A stretch of 64,000 nt of DNA from a bacterium (GTDB lineage Bacteria > Patescibacteriota > Minisyncoccia > Ryanbacterales > GWA2-47-10b), in the NCBI GenBank assembly GCA_027624915.1, contig JAQBTR010000003.1:5627-69626 (forward strand), in the 5' to 3' direction. The notes under the pieces are model-generated. The model did not search any database, was not told where the DNA came from, and saw nothing but the letters and a program-made list of their open reading frames with translations. Made by a program: the position numbers and the translations under genes. This document shows positions 26,912 through 36,112 of this stretch, piece by piece. Numbering within the stretch: position 1 is the stretch's first letter; the number at the start of each line of letters is the position of its first letter.

Positions 26912-27483
26912 GATGTAGATATATATAAATCAATCAAGTATTTTGGTGATACACGGGCCGTGTAAGACAAATTCATAAGCCGTATGCATTTGTGTAATTT
27001 GTGTAGTATGTTCTTTTGTACTTTACCGTCTTGTGCGGATTTTTCTAAATCCAATTTTAACTTCTCTATTGTATCAGTAAAAAACGAAACGACCTCATCT
27101 ACGCCCTCGAGCGACTGCTCTCCATAAAATGGAATCTTTATAACACGCGAAAGAATTGTGTCTGGAAATTCGGCAGAGTCAGAACATAAAAAGAAATGAG
27201 TTCCTTGTGGAGGTTCTTCAAGCAACTTTAAAAAAGCCTCATGTGCCTCGGGGGTCATTTGATCAGCACGCCACACAACAAATGCTTGAGCACCAGAGCC
27301 GCCAACATCGAGGGAGGCCTGACGTTTTATCTCTCGAACATCATCTATGCCAAGAGGCTTTTCTTCTCCAAGAATCTTGATTAAGTTTGTATCGAGTTCT
27401 TTTAGTACACCCTCAAGATACACACGCTTACGCGCAGTATCGGTACCGAAGAGTAAAGATGAGCTCATATGACCTATTCCCAA
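26908..27483 (-). CDS. holB: DNA polymerase III delta-prime (HolB)-like, C-terminal two-thirds.
   Basis: AHEAFLKLLEEPPQGTHFFLCSDSAEFPDTILSRVIKIPF matches the clamp-loader box VII / sensor motif (ANALLKTLEEPP...LPTI.SRC). The listed Met is actually a TTG, so the frame is open upstream. Confidence 0.6.
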   Translation of the reverse strand: MGIGHMSSSLLFGTDTARKRVYLEGVLKELDTNLIKILGEEKPLGIDDVREIKRQASLDVGGSGAQAFVVWRADQMTPEAHEAFLKLLEEPPQGTHFFLCSDSAEFPDTILSRVIKIPFYGEQSLEGVDEVVSFFTDTIEKLKLDLEKSAQDGKVQKNILHKLHKCIRLMNLSYTARVSPKYLIDLYISTS

Positions 27484-27683
27484 ATATTAATCTGCGCCTT
27501 TTTCAAAAAATTACGGCTACGGCTCGATTCGTCCCCACTCCCAAATACACCGTATTTAATCGGTCTCCTCACCATCGCCTCGTGACTTCGCTTCCCTGCG
27601 AGTGGAGCGAACAGATGGAAGCGAGAAATACTCTTTGTGGTGCTCAAAATTTTATAAAACATACTTTGAAGATTATTCGACAA
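27474..27683 (-). pseudogene. holB: Probable N-terminal part of holB in a different reading frame, suggesting a frameshift.
   Basis: RFHLFAPLAGKRS resembles a degenerate HAYLF.GP.G.GK Walker-A region. Its stop overlaps the downstream piece by 10 nt, and a T6/A5 homopolymer sits at the junction. Confidence 0.35.
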
Positions 27684-27688
27684 CAGGC

Positions 27689-28702
27689 CTACCGTTTTGT
27701 AGCAATGCTTCTTTTATATGTATCAAGATGTTCGAGTGCCTTACCTGTACCTCGTGCAACACAGAGATGTGCGTCTTCGGCTACATGTGCTGGTACACCA
27801 GTTGAACGGTATACAAGCTCATCAATATTGCGAAGGAGTGAACCTCCACCGGTCATAGTAATGCCATTGGTGCTGATGTCTGCTGCCAATTCTGGCGGCG
27901 TATCTTGTAACACAATCTTAATAGCTTTAATTATACCACCAAGTGGCTCCTTTATGGCCTCTACCACTTCATTTGTTTTAATCTCGGCGGTTCGTGGTAA
28001 ACCAGTCAAATAGTCCCTACCTTTAACCTCAAAGGACATTTCCTCCTTTAGAGACACCGCTGAACCAATACCAATTTTGATATCTTCGGCTGTTCTATCT
28101 CCGATTGCTAGATTGAGCCTTTCTTTTATATAGTCTACGATTGCTTGGTTTATCTTATCACCTGCAACCTTTTCAGAAGTAGAAGCGACAATTCCACCCA
28201 ATGCGATAACTGCCGCATCGGTTGTACCACCACCAATATCTACAACCATATGACCTCGAGCCTCATGGATAGGAATACCAGCACCGATTGCTGCCAAAAT
28301 TGGTTCTTTTACAACATATGCTGAGCGAGCCCCCGCTTTGAGTGCGGCCTCAATGACTGCACGCTTTTGTGTTGAGTTAACACCTGCTGGCGCACTTATC
28401 ATTACTTCTGGCTTTAGAATTCTGGGACCAGGCAATGCCTTATTTATAAAATATCGAAGCATGGCCTCTGTAACACGATAATCAGCAATTACGCCGTCGC
28501 GCAGTGGACGATATGCAATAATACTATCTGGTGTCCGCCCAATCATCTCTTTTGCTTCGTCCCCCACAGCTAAAACCTCTTTATTAATAACGGAAACTGC
28601 AACTACAGAAGGCTCGTTTAAAATGACCCCACGCTTAGGGACAAAAACAAGGGTATTTGCGGTACCAAGATCAATACCAATTTTTTTCGAAAACCAGCTC
28701 AT
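27689..28702 (-). CDS. MreB/Mbl-like actin homolog, second paralog.
   Basis: KIGIDLGTANTLVFV...VVDIGGGTTDAAV. Confidence 0.85.
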   Translation of the reverse strand: MSWFSKKIGIDLGTANTLVFVPKRGVILNEPSVVAVSVINKEVLAVGDEAKEMIGRTPDSIIAYRPLRDGVIADYRVTEAMLRYFINKALPGPRILKPEVMISAPAGVNSTQKRAVIEAALKAGARSAYVVKEPILAAIGAGIPIHEARGHMVVDIGGGTTDAAVIALGGIVASTSEKVAGDKINQAIVDYIKERLNLAIGDRTAEDIKIGIGSAVSLKEEMSFEVKGRDYLTGLPRTAEIKTNEVVEAIKEPLGGIIKAIKIVLQDTPPELAADISTNGITMTGGGSLLRNIDELVYRSTGVPAHVAEDAHLCVARGTGKALEHLDTYKRSIATKR

Positions 28703-28733
28703 TACGATATTAGATTACGATTTTTAAGTACTC

Positions 28734-28817
28734 GGGTCAAACCCCCTAACTAATTGACACATAGCACTTCGTGCTATGCTTGGCATCCTTGCATCAATTA
28801 GTTAGGGGGGGTCAAAC
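28734..28817. mobile_element. MITE-like palindromic element.
   Basis: A perfect 16-bp inverted repeat, CCCCCTAACTAATTGA / TCAATTAGTTAGGGGG, flanks a 36-nt core. The core contains the hairpin CATAGCAC-TTCG-GTGCTATG. The whole is bounded by direct repeats GGGTCAAAC and GGTCAAAC, which look like a target-site duplication. Confidence 0.4.
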
Positions 28818-30101
28818 TCGCTCAATCCTTGCACCCAACTTTTTAAGCCGAACGTCAAGTCTCTCATAACCTCGGTCCAAATGTTCAACGCCCGAAATAC
28901 GAGATACTCCGTTTGCTGCAAGGGCCGCTACCAAATGAGCAAGACCGGCCCTAATGTCAGGCATAATCATAACTGCACCCTTAAGCCGAGCAGGACCTTT
29001 TATCTCTATACTGTGTGGATATCCCTTGCCAGAAAATCTACACTTACTACCAACACATTTAGTGAGTACCTTAATCTTCGCCCCAAGGTTAATAAAATCT
29101 CTTACATAACCAAAACGGTCCTCATACACCGTATCGTGAACATATGATGTCCCACGAGCCAACATTAAAAGAACGGTAAAGGGTTGCTGCCAATCTGTCA
29201 TAAATCCAGGATGTGGAGCCGTTTCTATGTCGTATGCCTTGAGTGGGCCACTGCGGAAAAAACGTATACCATTTTTTTCTACTTTATACTCCCCTCCAAT
29301 TCTTCGAACAGCGTTTAAAAATGTTATTAAATTCTTTTGTTCTGCCTCCTCTACAAAGATGTTCCCATTTGTGGCCAGCGCCAAAACAGCAAAGGCTGCT
29401 GCCTCGAGTCTGTCTGGTATAACCCTATGTTCTGCGCCGTGGAGTTTTGAAACACCCTCTATCTTTATAACGCGGTTAACACCTAATTCGATTAGAGCGC
29501 CCATTTTTTGAAGACATGAGATTAAATCGATAATTTCTGGTTCTTCTGCTGCGTTCTTTATAGTCGTCTTTCCTTTTGCAAGAACCGCTGCCAAAATAGC
29601 TGTCTCTGTCGCACCAACACTTGGATACGGAAGTGTAATGATCGCACCCTTCAGCTTCTTAGCACTCGCGCAATATGTTTTTTCGCCATGCCAGACCTCA
29701 GCCCCCATCTTTCGTAATAGTGAAAAATGAAAGCTCACGGGACGTGCACCAAGCTTGTCACCACCAACAAATGGGACCTCCGCCTTGCCCATCCTGTGTA
29801 AAAGTGGCGCAATTGCTAATATTGGAATTCGATTTTTTCGAGAAAGCTTGTTGACGCGAAAACTAGTAAGTTTTTTTGCATGTACTGTTACTGTGTCACC
29901 CCTAACAGAAACGCGCGCACCGATTTTTTGAAGAAGCTCTCGTGTTAACTCAAGCTCGAGTGTTTGTGGGACATTGGTGAGAATGACCTTTTCTTCGGTA
30001 AGAAGAGCGGCCACCATAAGCTTGGTAAATGCATTTTTGGCACCCTTCACTCGGACAGACCCCTTGAGTGGTCGTCCGCCTGTAACTACAAGTCGTTCCA
30101 T
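28812..30101 (-). CDS. murA: UDP-N-acetylglucosamine 1-carboxyvinyltransferase.
   Basis: EPSP-synthase fold. The sequence has the canonical MurA N-terminus MERLVVTGGRPLKGSVRVKGAKNA. Confidence 0.9.
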   Translation of the reverse strand: MERLVVTGGRPLKGSVRVKGAKNAFTKLMVAALLTEEKVILTNVPQTLELELTRELLQKIGARVSVRGDTVTVHAKKLTSFRVNKLSRKNRIPILAIAPLLHRMGKAEVPFVGGDKLGARPVSFHFSLLRKMGAEVWHGEKTYCASAKKLKGAIITLPYPSVGATETAILAAVLAKGKTTIKNAAEEPEIIDLISCLQKMGALIELGVNRVIKIEGVSKLHGAEHRVIPDRLEAAAFAVLALATNGNIFVEEAEQKNLITFLNAVRRIGGEYKVEKNGIRFFRSGPLKAYDIETAPHPGFMTDWQQPFTVLLMLARGTSYVHDTVYEDRFGYVRDFINLGAKIKVLTKCVGSKCRFSGKGYPHSIEIKGPARLKGAVMIMPDIRAGLAHLVAALAANGVSRISGVEHLDRGYERLDVRLKKLGARIERV

Positions 30102-30157
30102 GATTTCCTAGTGTACCCTCTCTTCTGCGTACACGCAAGAAATGTTACACTCAAAAA

Positions 30158-31075
30158 ATGACCAGATTTCAACGAAAACTCCTATTTTGGGCATCAGTCG
30201 TAATCTTCATATTTGGTGTTTTGCCACTTATTTTATTTTCGCTTGGGTACCGTTTTTCATTTGAAGAATTCAAATGGCTTCCAGCTGGAGGACTCTCTAT
30301 ATCATCTATACCATCAACTGGTTCAAGGATTTATGTTGATGGTGAATTGGTTCAAGAAACCAACCTTTTTTCTCGTCGAGCATTTTTGCAAGGACTCACA
30401 CCAGGACAATATGATGTCAAGATTGAACGTGATGGGTATTTCTCCTGGAGTAAAAATCTTACGGTTTTACCTGAAAAAGTAACAGATGTTAGGGCAGTTC
30501 TTGTACGAGATAACCAGGCCCAAAGTGAAATGCTTACTCGAGGAGACTTTGTTAATCTCCATTATGTGCACACCGATAACGAAGTATTTGGACTGGAAAG
30601 TAAAGCTGGCACAACAACCTTTTTCTCGGTAAATGACCGTGAACTCCTTCCTTTTGATAGTGTGGTTGCAACATCATCAGTAGCAATTCCTAGCGCTGTT
30701 AGTGCATTTATTGAAGGACGTAAAGATATTTTTGAATATGACTATGACCCCCAGGGAGAACGTCTTTTGTGGTGGGGAGGTGGCAAACTCTGGGTACGGT
30801 GGTTTGCTGGCGAAGAGTACCTTCCTCTCTATACCGAGGAAGAAGAAATTCTTGTTCTGGATGAAGAACATTTAATTAGAAGGGGTTCCTTCTATCCCGA
30901 ACAAGAGGCTATTATTGCAGCATACGCAAATACTGTCGTTGTCGCAGAACTTGATGGAAGAAACCGCCGTAATGTGTTTGCTCCGTACAAAGGAAAGTCT
31001 CCTAACTTTCTCGTAATAGAAGACCAGCTCTTTGTTCTTGATAACGGAAATCTTATTGTTGTTCCGCTGGAGTAG
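30158..31075 (+). CDS. PEGA-domain membrane-anchored protein.
   Basis: N-terminal transmembrane helix. SRIYVDGELVQETNLFSRRAFLQGLTPGQYDVKIERDGYFSW matches the PEGA beta-sandwich pattern. Confidence 0.45.
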   Translation: MTRFQRKLLFWASVVIFIFGVLPLILFSLGYRFSFEEFKWLPAGGLSISSIPSTGSRIYVDGELVQETNLFSRRAFLQGLTPGQYDVKIERDGYFSWSKNLTVLPEKVTDVRAVLVRDNQAQSEMLTRGDFVNLHYVHTDNEVFGLESKAGTTTFFSVNDRELLPFDSVVATSSVAIPSAVSAFIEGRKDIFEYDYDPQGERLLWWGGGKLWVRWFAGEEYLPLYTEEEEILVLDEEHLIRRGSFYPEQEAIIAAYANTVVVAELDGRNRRNVFAPYKGKSPNFLVIEDQLFVLDNGNLIVVPLE

Positions 31076-32339
31076 AGGTAGCTCCCGACAAATTCTCAAC
31101 CACACGCCACACATCCCCCGCACCGAGAGCTATCACAACATCGTCACCTTGAATAAGTGACGATGTTTTTTTTATTGCATCCTTTGTATTCTCTGCGTAC
31201 AGAGCCTGTGGATTTGATTTTTTTACAGCCTCCCATAACTCGCGCCCGCTTGTTGTTTTTTCTTGTTCACGCGCTGACGAATAAATTTCAGCGATAACTA
31301 CATTATCAGCATCTTTAAACGAACTAGCAAACTCTTTAAAGAATGTTTTGGTTCGCGAGTACGTATGTGGCTGAAACACAGCAATGATGTGTCGATCTCT
31401 GTATTGCTCCCTTATAGCCTTAAGAGTTGCACGAATTTCTGTTGGATGATGAGCATAGTCATCAATCATTACTGTTCGTGCATCAGCATCGGTGTAGAGC
31501 TCCATTCGTCGTTTGGTGCCACGAAATTCACCTAGAGTAAAATCAATCATGTCTTTTTTTATTCCTAGTTCTCGAGCAAGCACACGAGCTCCTGTCGCAT
31601 TTTGTCTATTGTGCTCACCCCAAACACCAAGAGGAAATTCATCTTTGTCATAAAAAATTACCCGTGCCCTGGCCTCACCCTCAATAATACTTTTTGTACT
31701 CTCGTGTGCCACAATCAAACCGTCTTCTGGAATATATGAGACAAGTTTTATAAAGACATCTCGGTAAGAATCCTCGGTAGGATAATAGTCCGGATGATCA
31801 TACTCAATATTCGTTAGTAAAAGATACTTTGGGTTAAGTGACAAAATCTTTTCTTGATACTCATCCCCCTCAGCTAAAACCCAATCTGACTTACCACCAC
31901 GTGCGGTCCGCCCCCAACGAGTTAAAGACCCACCAACAAGCACCGTTGGATCCAAGGCTGCATCCTCAAGAATGCACCCAAGCATGGCACTCGTTGTTGT
32001 CTTGCCGTGCGTACCTGTGACAAGGATGGAATTCTTATGGCTATTGAACACCTCTGCCAAAATGTCTCTATATGAAGTTATGGGTATCCCGAGTTCTTCG
32101 GCTCTCTTAAGTTGAGGATGGTCTACGGAGTACGCACTACTATATATAACCCTATCAATATCATCACCAATATGATTTTGGTCAAAAGAATATATTGGAA
32201 TCGACATACCCTTCAAAATCTCGTCAGTAAAGAACTCTTCATCAGTGTCAGACCCCTCAACCAAAAACCCCCACATTTTGTAGAGAGTAGCGATTCCGGT
32301 CATCCCAACCCCTTTAATACCTACAAAAAATACTTTCAT
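31053..32339 (-). CDS. murC: UDP-N-acetylmuramate--L-alanine ligase.
   Basis: MKVFFVGIKGVGMTGIA plus the GTHGKTTT P-loop. Confidence 0.85.
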   Translation of the reverse strand: MKVFFVGIKGVGMTGIATLYKMWGFLVEGSDTDEEFFTDEILKGMSIPIYSFDQNHIGDDIDRVIYSSAYSVDHPQLKRAEELGIPITSYRDILAEVFNSHKNSILVTGTHGKTTTSAMLGCILEDAALDPTVLVGGSLTRWGRTARGGKSDWVLAEGDEYQEKILSLNPKYLLLTNIEYDHPDYYPTEDSYRDVFIKLVSYIPEDGLIVAHESTKSIIEGEARARVIFYDKDEFPLGVWGEHNRQNATGARVLARELGIKKDMIDFTLGEFRGTKRRMELYTDADARTVMIDDYAHHPTEIRATLKAIREQYRDRHIIAVFQPHTYSRTKTFFKEFASSFKDADNVVIAEIYSSAREQEKTTSGRELWEAVKKSNPQALYAENTKDAIKKTSSLIQGDDVVIALGAGDVWRVVENLSGATSTPAEQQ

Positions 32340-32458
32340 CCCGTTAGAGATAGGTTGTCAAAGACAACCGTACCAATTTCAATAACTCGACCTCGTGGAT
32401 TATATTGTTTGTTTATTTTTGACATGAAAGAATATTTGATTAATAAATCTCTAACGGG
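32338..32458. repeat. Long-range 11-bp inverted repeat enclosing a hairpin.
   Basis: CCGTTAGAGAT at 32340 pairs with ATCTCTAACGG at 32445. Inside is the hairpin GGTTGTC-aaa-GACAACC. A TTGACA-like box sits at 32420. Confidence 0.35.
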
Positions 32459-32460
32459 AT

Positions 32461-32679
32461 TCATTCCTTCTTTGATGCAGTAACTACTATATAGTCAACT
32501 TTAATATGTTTGTACAAAAAATTCATGATGCTTTTTATAATAGGTGAAAAAAATGGTCCTGACAGCATTGTTTTATCAAAATTCTGTATAAAGCCCTTAA
32601 GTGCCTCTTTTTTTATAGAAACAACATCTATGCGGTCATAGAGTAGGTCAGAGCGTGTGTTTTGATTATTATCAGACAT
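32461..32679 (-). CDS. Hypothetical small protein, last gene of the operon.
   Basis: ORF only. Confidence 0.3.
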   Translation of the reverse strand: MSDNNQNTRSDLLYDRIDVVSIKKEALKGFIQNFDKTMLSGPFFSPIIKSIMNFLYKHIKVDYIVVTASKKE

Positions 32680-32690
32680 ATAAAATGTAT

Positions 32691-33677
32691 CTATTCCTCT
32701 GTAAGAATAAGGTTTTTTATTACTCGTCGCCTTAGTGATACGGAATGTCTCAAAAGAATACTATATATCGGAGCTAATGCTTTCCAAGCTATATTTGGAC
32801 GCATATAAAACTTAAGGGTGCGCACATGATCACGAAATGTATTTCGTGCTCGTTTTTCGATCTTTCCAAAAACTACACGAAGTGGTACACCCTTCTTAGT
32901 GAGCCTTGCTAAATGTACCGCCTCTCGTGCCCAAAAACTTACATTTTGTCCTGACAGTGGGTGAAGTAATAATGCCTCACCTCCCCAAAATAATTCTTTA
33001 TCCGTAAACATTTGTTTACGTAATTTTATATTTGGAAACGAGAACGATCGCCCGATACGTTTGCCCCTTTCCTCTTCTATATACTCGTTAATTACACTTG
33101 GTCGATTTTCTAATAACAACTTCATATCAACGTCTTTTGTTCTTGGTATAACAATAAATGTGAAAAATGAAGGGCGTGACTGATATACACCGATTACGGC
33201 ATTGGGCATATCAAAACTTAAGATGTCATGTCTGTATGACTCTTTGAGATCTCCATTATATTCCTGCATATACACATCTGGGGAATCTTCCCTCTCCCAC
33301 TCTCCTTCTGTTGTAGCAGTATTTTTACATTCGACAGGCTCGCTCGACAAAAGCTCTCTTAACTTACTACTCCACACCCACCGAGCTCTCTCTTGAGTAA
33401 CGATTCCTAGGTCATACGTAACAATCGTTTTACCAGTCTTGTCTAAAAATCGAATAGTCTGAACATAAAAAAGTCCATCACTCAAATCACTAGTATTGAT
33501 ACCCATGCGGTCTAAGGCCTCTATACCTCCAGGCTGTAACAGAATGATCTCTGGACCAGGATGTGACTCGAAAGGATAGTGAATATGAAATGGAACCTGA
33601 ACCCCAACACGCCTAAAAGCATACTCCAGTAGCTGACCGGGTATATGACTTGTAAACAAACATTTAGATTGCGGCAT
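32691..33677 (-). CDS. Hypothetical protein with a weak resemblance to FAD-dependent oxidoreductases.
   Basis: GGEALLLHPLSGQNVSFWAREAVHLA resembles the GDAAH.PLTG.G.N.A..DA flavoprotein motif. No N-terminal GxGxxG is present. Confidence 0.3.
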   Translation of the reverse strand: MPQSKCLFTSHIPGQLLEYAFRRVGVQVPFHIHYPFESHPGPEIILLQPGGIEALDRMGINTSDLSDGLFYVQTIRFLDKTGKTIVTYDLGIVTQERARWVWSSKLRELLSSEPVECKNTATTEGEWEREDSPDVYMQEYNGDLKESYRHDILSFDMPNAVIGVYQSRPSFFTFIVIPRTKDVDMKLLLENRPSVINEYIEEERGKRIGRSFSFPNIKLRKQMFTDKELFWGGEALLLHPLSGQNVSFWAREAVHLARLTKKGVPLRVVFGKIEKRARNTFRDHVRTLKFYMRPNIAWKALAPIYSILLRHSVSLRRRVIKNLILTEE

Positions 33678-34308
33678 ATACTGAGAGCAAACTAGCCATA
33701 ATACGAAACTTAATAGTTGGGATACGCAAAGACAGTTCTGGGATAATCTTTCGTAACCACTCCTTACGTACTTTTCGTACTATATCATGATACTCGTTTC
33801 TTAGTTTTGAAACGTCTCGTGATTCTTTATATCCATCTATTACTTTATATGACATGCAAAGATGACGCTCTTCATCATCCACCAACTCATCAATGCCGCT
33901 AGCAATAAACGCAAAGCGATCCTTGCCATGTAAAACTTTTTTATACGAAAGAATAAAGTCCTTAAAGTTTTCTTCCATAATTGTAGATATGAGAGCGGCT
34001 TCTAAATCTTGAGGTATGTCGCTTAAGATATTTTGATGCTTTTTTAGCATTGGCTTTATATAAGCAAGAATACTGATACTTCCTGGTCTTTTTATGTTCC
34101 AAAGACCAGTCTCCTCCATCCAAGAACGTACAAGTTTTGCGTGCTTCTCTTCTTCTTGCATATGCCCTTTTGCCTCTGCATCCTTTTGAGGCAATAGAAT
34201 CTCAGCACCAAAACACTCGTCCTCATATAACATTCCGAGCACTAGTGCATGGGCATCATCAAATCGCACGACCTCACACCAAAAAGAGTTTAAAAAGAAA
34301 AACTTCAT
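33664..34308 (-). CDS. Ferritin-like, possibly di-iron carboxylate, protein.
   Basis: Two E...ExxH-type motifs are present: EDECFGAE..EEEKH and EENFKDF..DDEERH. Confidence 0.35.
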   Translation of the reverse strand: MKFFFLNSFWCEVVRFDDAHALVLGMLYEDECFGAEILLPQKDAEAKGHMQEEEKHAKLVRSWMEETGLWNIKRPGSISILAYIKPMLKKHQNILSDIPQDLEAALISTIMEENFKDFILSYKKVLHGKDRFAFIASGIDELVDDEERHLCMSYKVIDGYKESRDVSKLRNEYHDIVRKVRKEWLRKIIPELSLRIPTIKFRIMASLLSVYAAI

Positions 34309-35285
34309 TTTTTACTGTAGATAGGTGACAATAATTTAGAAATAAGCTGCTTCGGCCACCACTGTCTCGCGATAATTCCAAAATATATATTACCCTCAAC
34401 ATTGTGTTGGCCACGAACACCTTGAGCTTTTCCTGACCCATTCCATATCCAGAGAGATGTCAAACGCCTATGTGCTACCTCCTGACCTGGAAATGATACA
34501 TCAGCATGTATATCAAGTTTTAATTTCTCTGAACGAAAGTGCCACGTTGTTGGATAGGGCTCTCCTGTTTTAGGACTTATCCACGTGCCAGTACCTGGCT
34601 GCAAACTATACTCTCCTTCACGCACGACCTGAAACATTCCTTGTGCATCTATAAAAATCCCGTGTATACCAGGACGAAATTCCCAAGGAGCAATATACAT
34701 AATTAGTTCGGACTTGTCATTGAGCTGCACATGAATCCATCTACACCCAAGGTCATTACAATTCATTGGAACTACGCGTGACCAACCATACTCACAAATC
34801 GCCGTACCATCTATACAGCTTTCACCATTTAGCGTGCCAGAAACTGCCAACCTTGGATATACAAACCCCATACTATTTGGATCGTGGTCTGGTGAACCGA
34901 ATAGTGGAACTTTATCTTTTTCGGGTTTTAATGTTAGACGTAGGTCTCCAACGGGTAAATCGGCAATCAAAACAAGCTCATCATCATCTTTTCTCAAAGA
35001 AAGTTTGGGCGAAAAAAACGATGGTCCAGTTCTACGGGTATCCCCTTTAAAATCTTTTGGAGCTATCAACATCTCAAAAGACTTATGCTTTTTATTTTCA
35101 ATATCTATAAAAACTGGAAGTGCGTATACTCGATTTGTTCCTGCAAGCGTACCACCAAAACGACCAAGGTCACTCTCGGGACGCCTCACTACAAAAAGCA
35201 TTAACTTGTGCGGAGCACCCTTAATATTGAGGTGACTATCGACACCCCACCACATCTGCTCAATATGTCGCCATTCTTTTTTCAT
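34305..35285 (-). CDS. CrtC/AttH-like (lipocalin-type) putative hydratase. Start chosen at the ATGA-overlap Met; the ORF is open to 35333.
   Basis: RWIHVQLNDKSELIMY resembles the W.W..LQLddG..L motif of carotenoid 1,2-hydratase (CrtC) / AttH domains. It is translationally coupled to the UbiA gene. Confidence 0.35.
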   Translation of the reverse strand: MKKEWRHIEQMWWGVDSHLNIKGAPHKLMLFVVRRPESDLGRFGGTLAGTNRVYALPVFIDIENKKHKSFEMLIAPKDFKGDTRRTGPSFFSPKLSLRKDDDELVLIADLPVGDLRLTLKPEKDKVPLFGSPDHDPNSMGFVYPRLAVSGTLNGESCIDGTAICEYGWSRVVPMNCNDLGCRWIHVQLNDKSELIMYIAPWEFRPGIHGIFIDAQGMFQVVREGEYSLQPGTGTWISPKTGEPYPTTWHFRSEKLKLDIHADVSFPGQEVAHRRLTSLWIWNGSGKAQGVRGQHNVEGNIYFGIIARQWWPKQLISKLLSPIYSKK

Positions 35286-36112
35286 ATAAAGATCAGAAAC
35301 AGCGCGTACACAACAAATTCTTCGAGTCGCCACAAAGGATGAAAGACACTCCTACGAGCTGCTAGTATCTCACAAGCATGCATGTTACTCAATGTATATG
35401 CACGAAGCAACCATGCGATAAGAGTTATTAAAAATAATACTGAATAATATGAAAATATCGCACCAGTGACTATTCCTAATGTAACCACAATCCGCAAAGC
35501 CTGCATACCTGTTTGTCCGGTAATCTTGTGTACCTCATTGGGTTCCTCTGCATCATCGACGAGGTGAAGGAACTCCAAAAACCAAGCAAACAAAAAAACA
35601 ATAGACGCCACCATCAACTGTGTCTTATTTGGATACCCAAGCAAAATGAGACCTTCAAAAAACAAAAAGAAAATTCCTATGGGTGGCGCAAGAATACCTA
35701 TAATGGGTCGTTCTTTAAACCGTAACTTTGGAATGCTATACGCCACACTCAAAAACAAATTAACTAAAATAAGTATAAAAGCTCCTTTTGTAATAGACAC
35801 CCACCAAAGAGATGCTATCAGCATGCTCAAAACTATAAACGGAAGTAAAAATAAGACCAGTAGATTCCTCTCTGAAAGACGTCCTTCTTGAACAGCGCTT
35901 CCTACATCGTTTATCTCGCCACCTAATTTCCAGTCATAATAATCGTTTAGGATAGATGCGCCCATTATTCCGACACCAACAATAAGTGTATTTATAGCTA
36001 ATGGAATAGTGTCAAAGACTCCACCTATGGCGTATCCAAAGAATGTATAACCAAGCAACCGAAATCCACTAATTTTTTTACCGTGAATAATTCGATAAAT
36101 CCTTAGTATCAT
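35282..36112 (-). CDS. UbiA-family prenyltransferase.
   Basis: 8-9 transmembrane helices. NDYYDWKLGGE is the first Asp-rich motif and VDDAEE the second. Confidence 0.55.
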   Translation of the reverse strand: MILRIYRIIHGKKISGFRLLGYTFFGYAIGGVFDTIPLAINTLIVGVGIMGASILNDYYDWKLGGEINDVGSAVQEGRLSERNLLVLFLLPFIVLSMLIASLWWVSITKGAFILILVNLFLSVAYSIPKLRFKERPIIGILAPPIGIFFLFFEGLILLGYPNKTQLMVASIVFLFAWFLEFLHLVDDAEEPNEVHKITGQTGMQALRIVVTLGIVTGAIFSYYSVLFLITLIAWLLRAYTLSNMHACEILAARRSVFHPLWRLEEFVVYALFLIFI

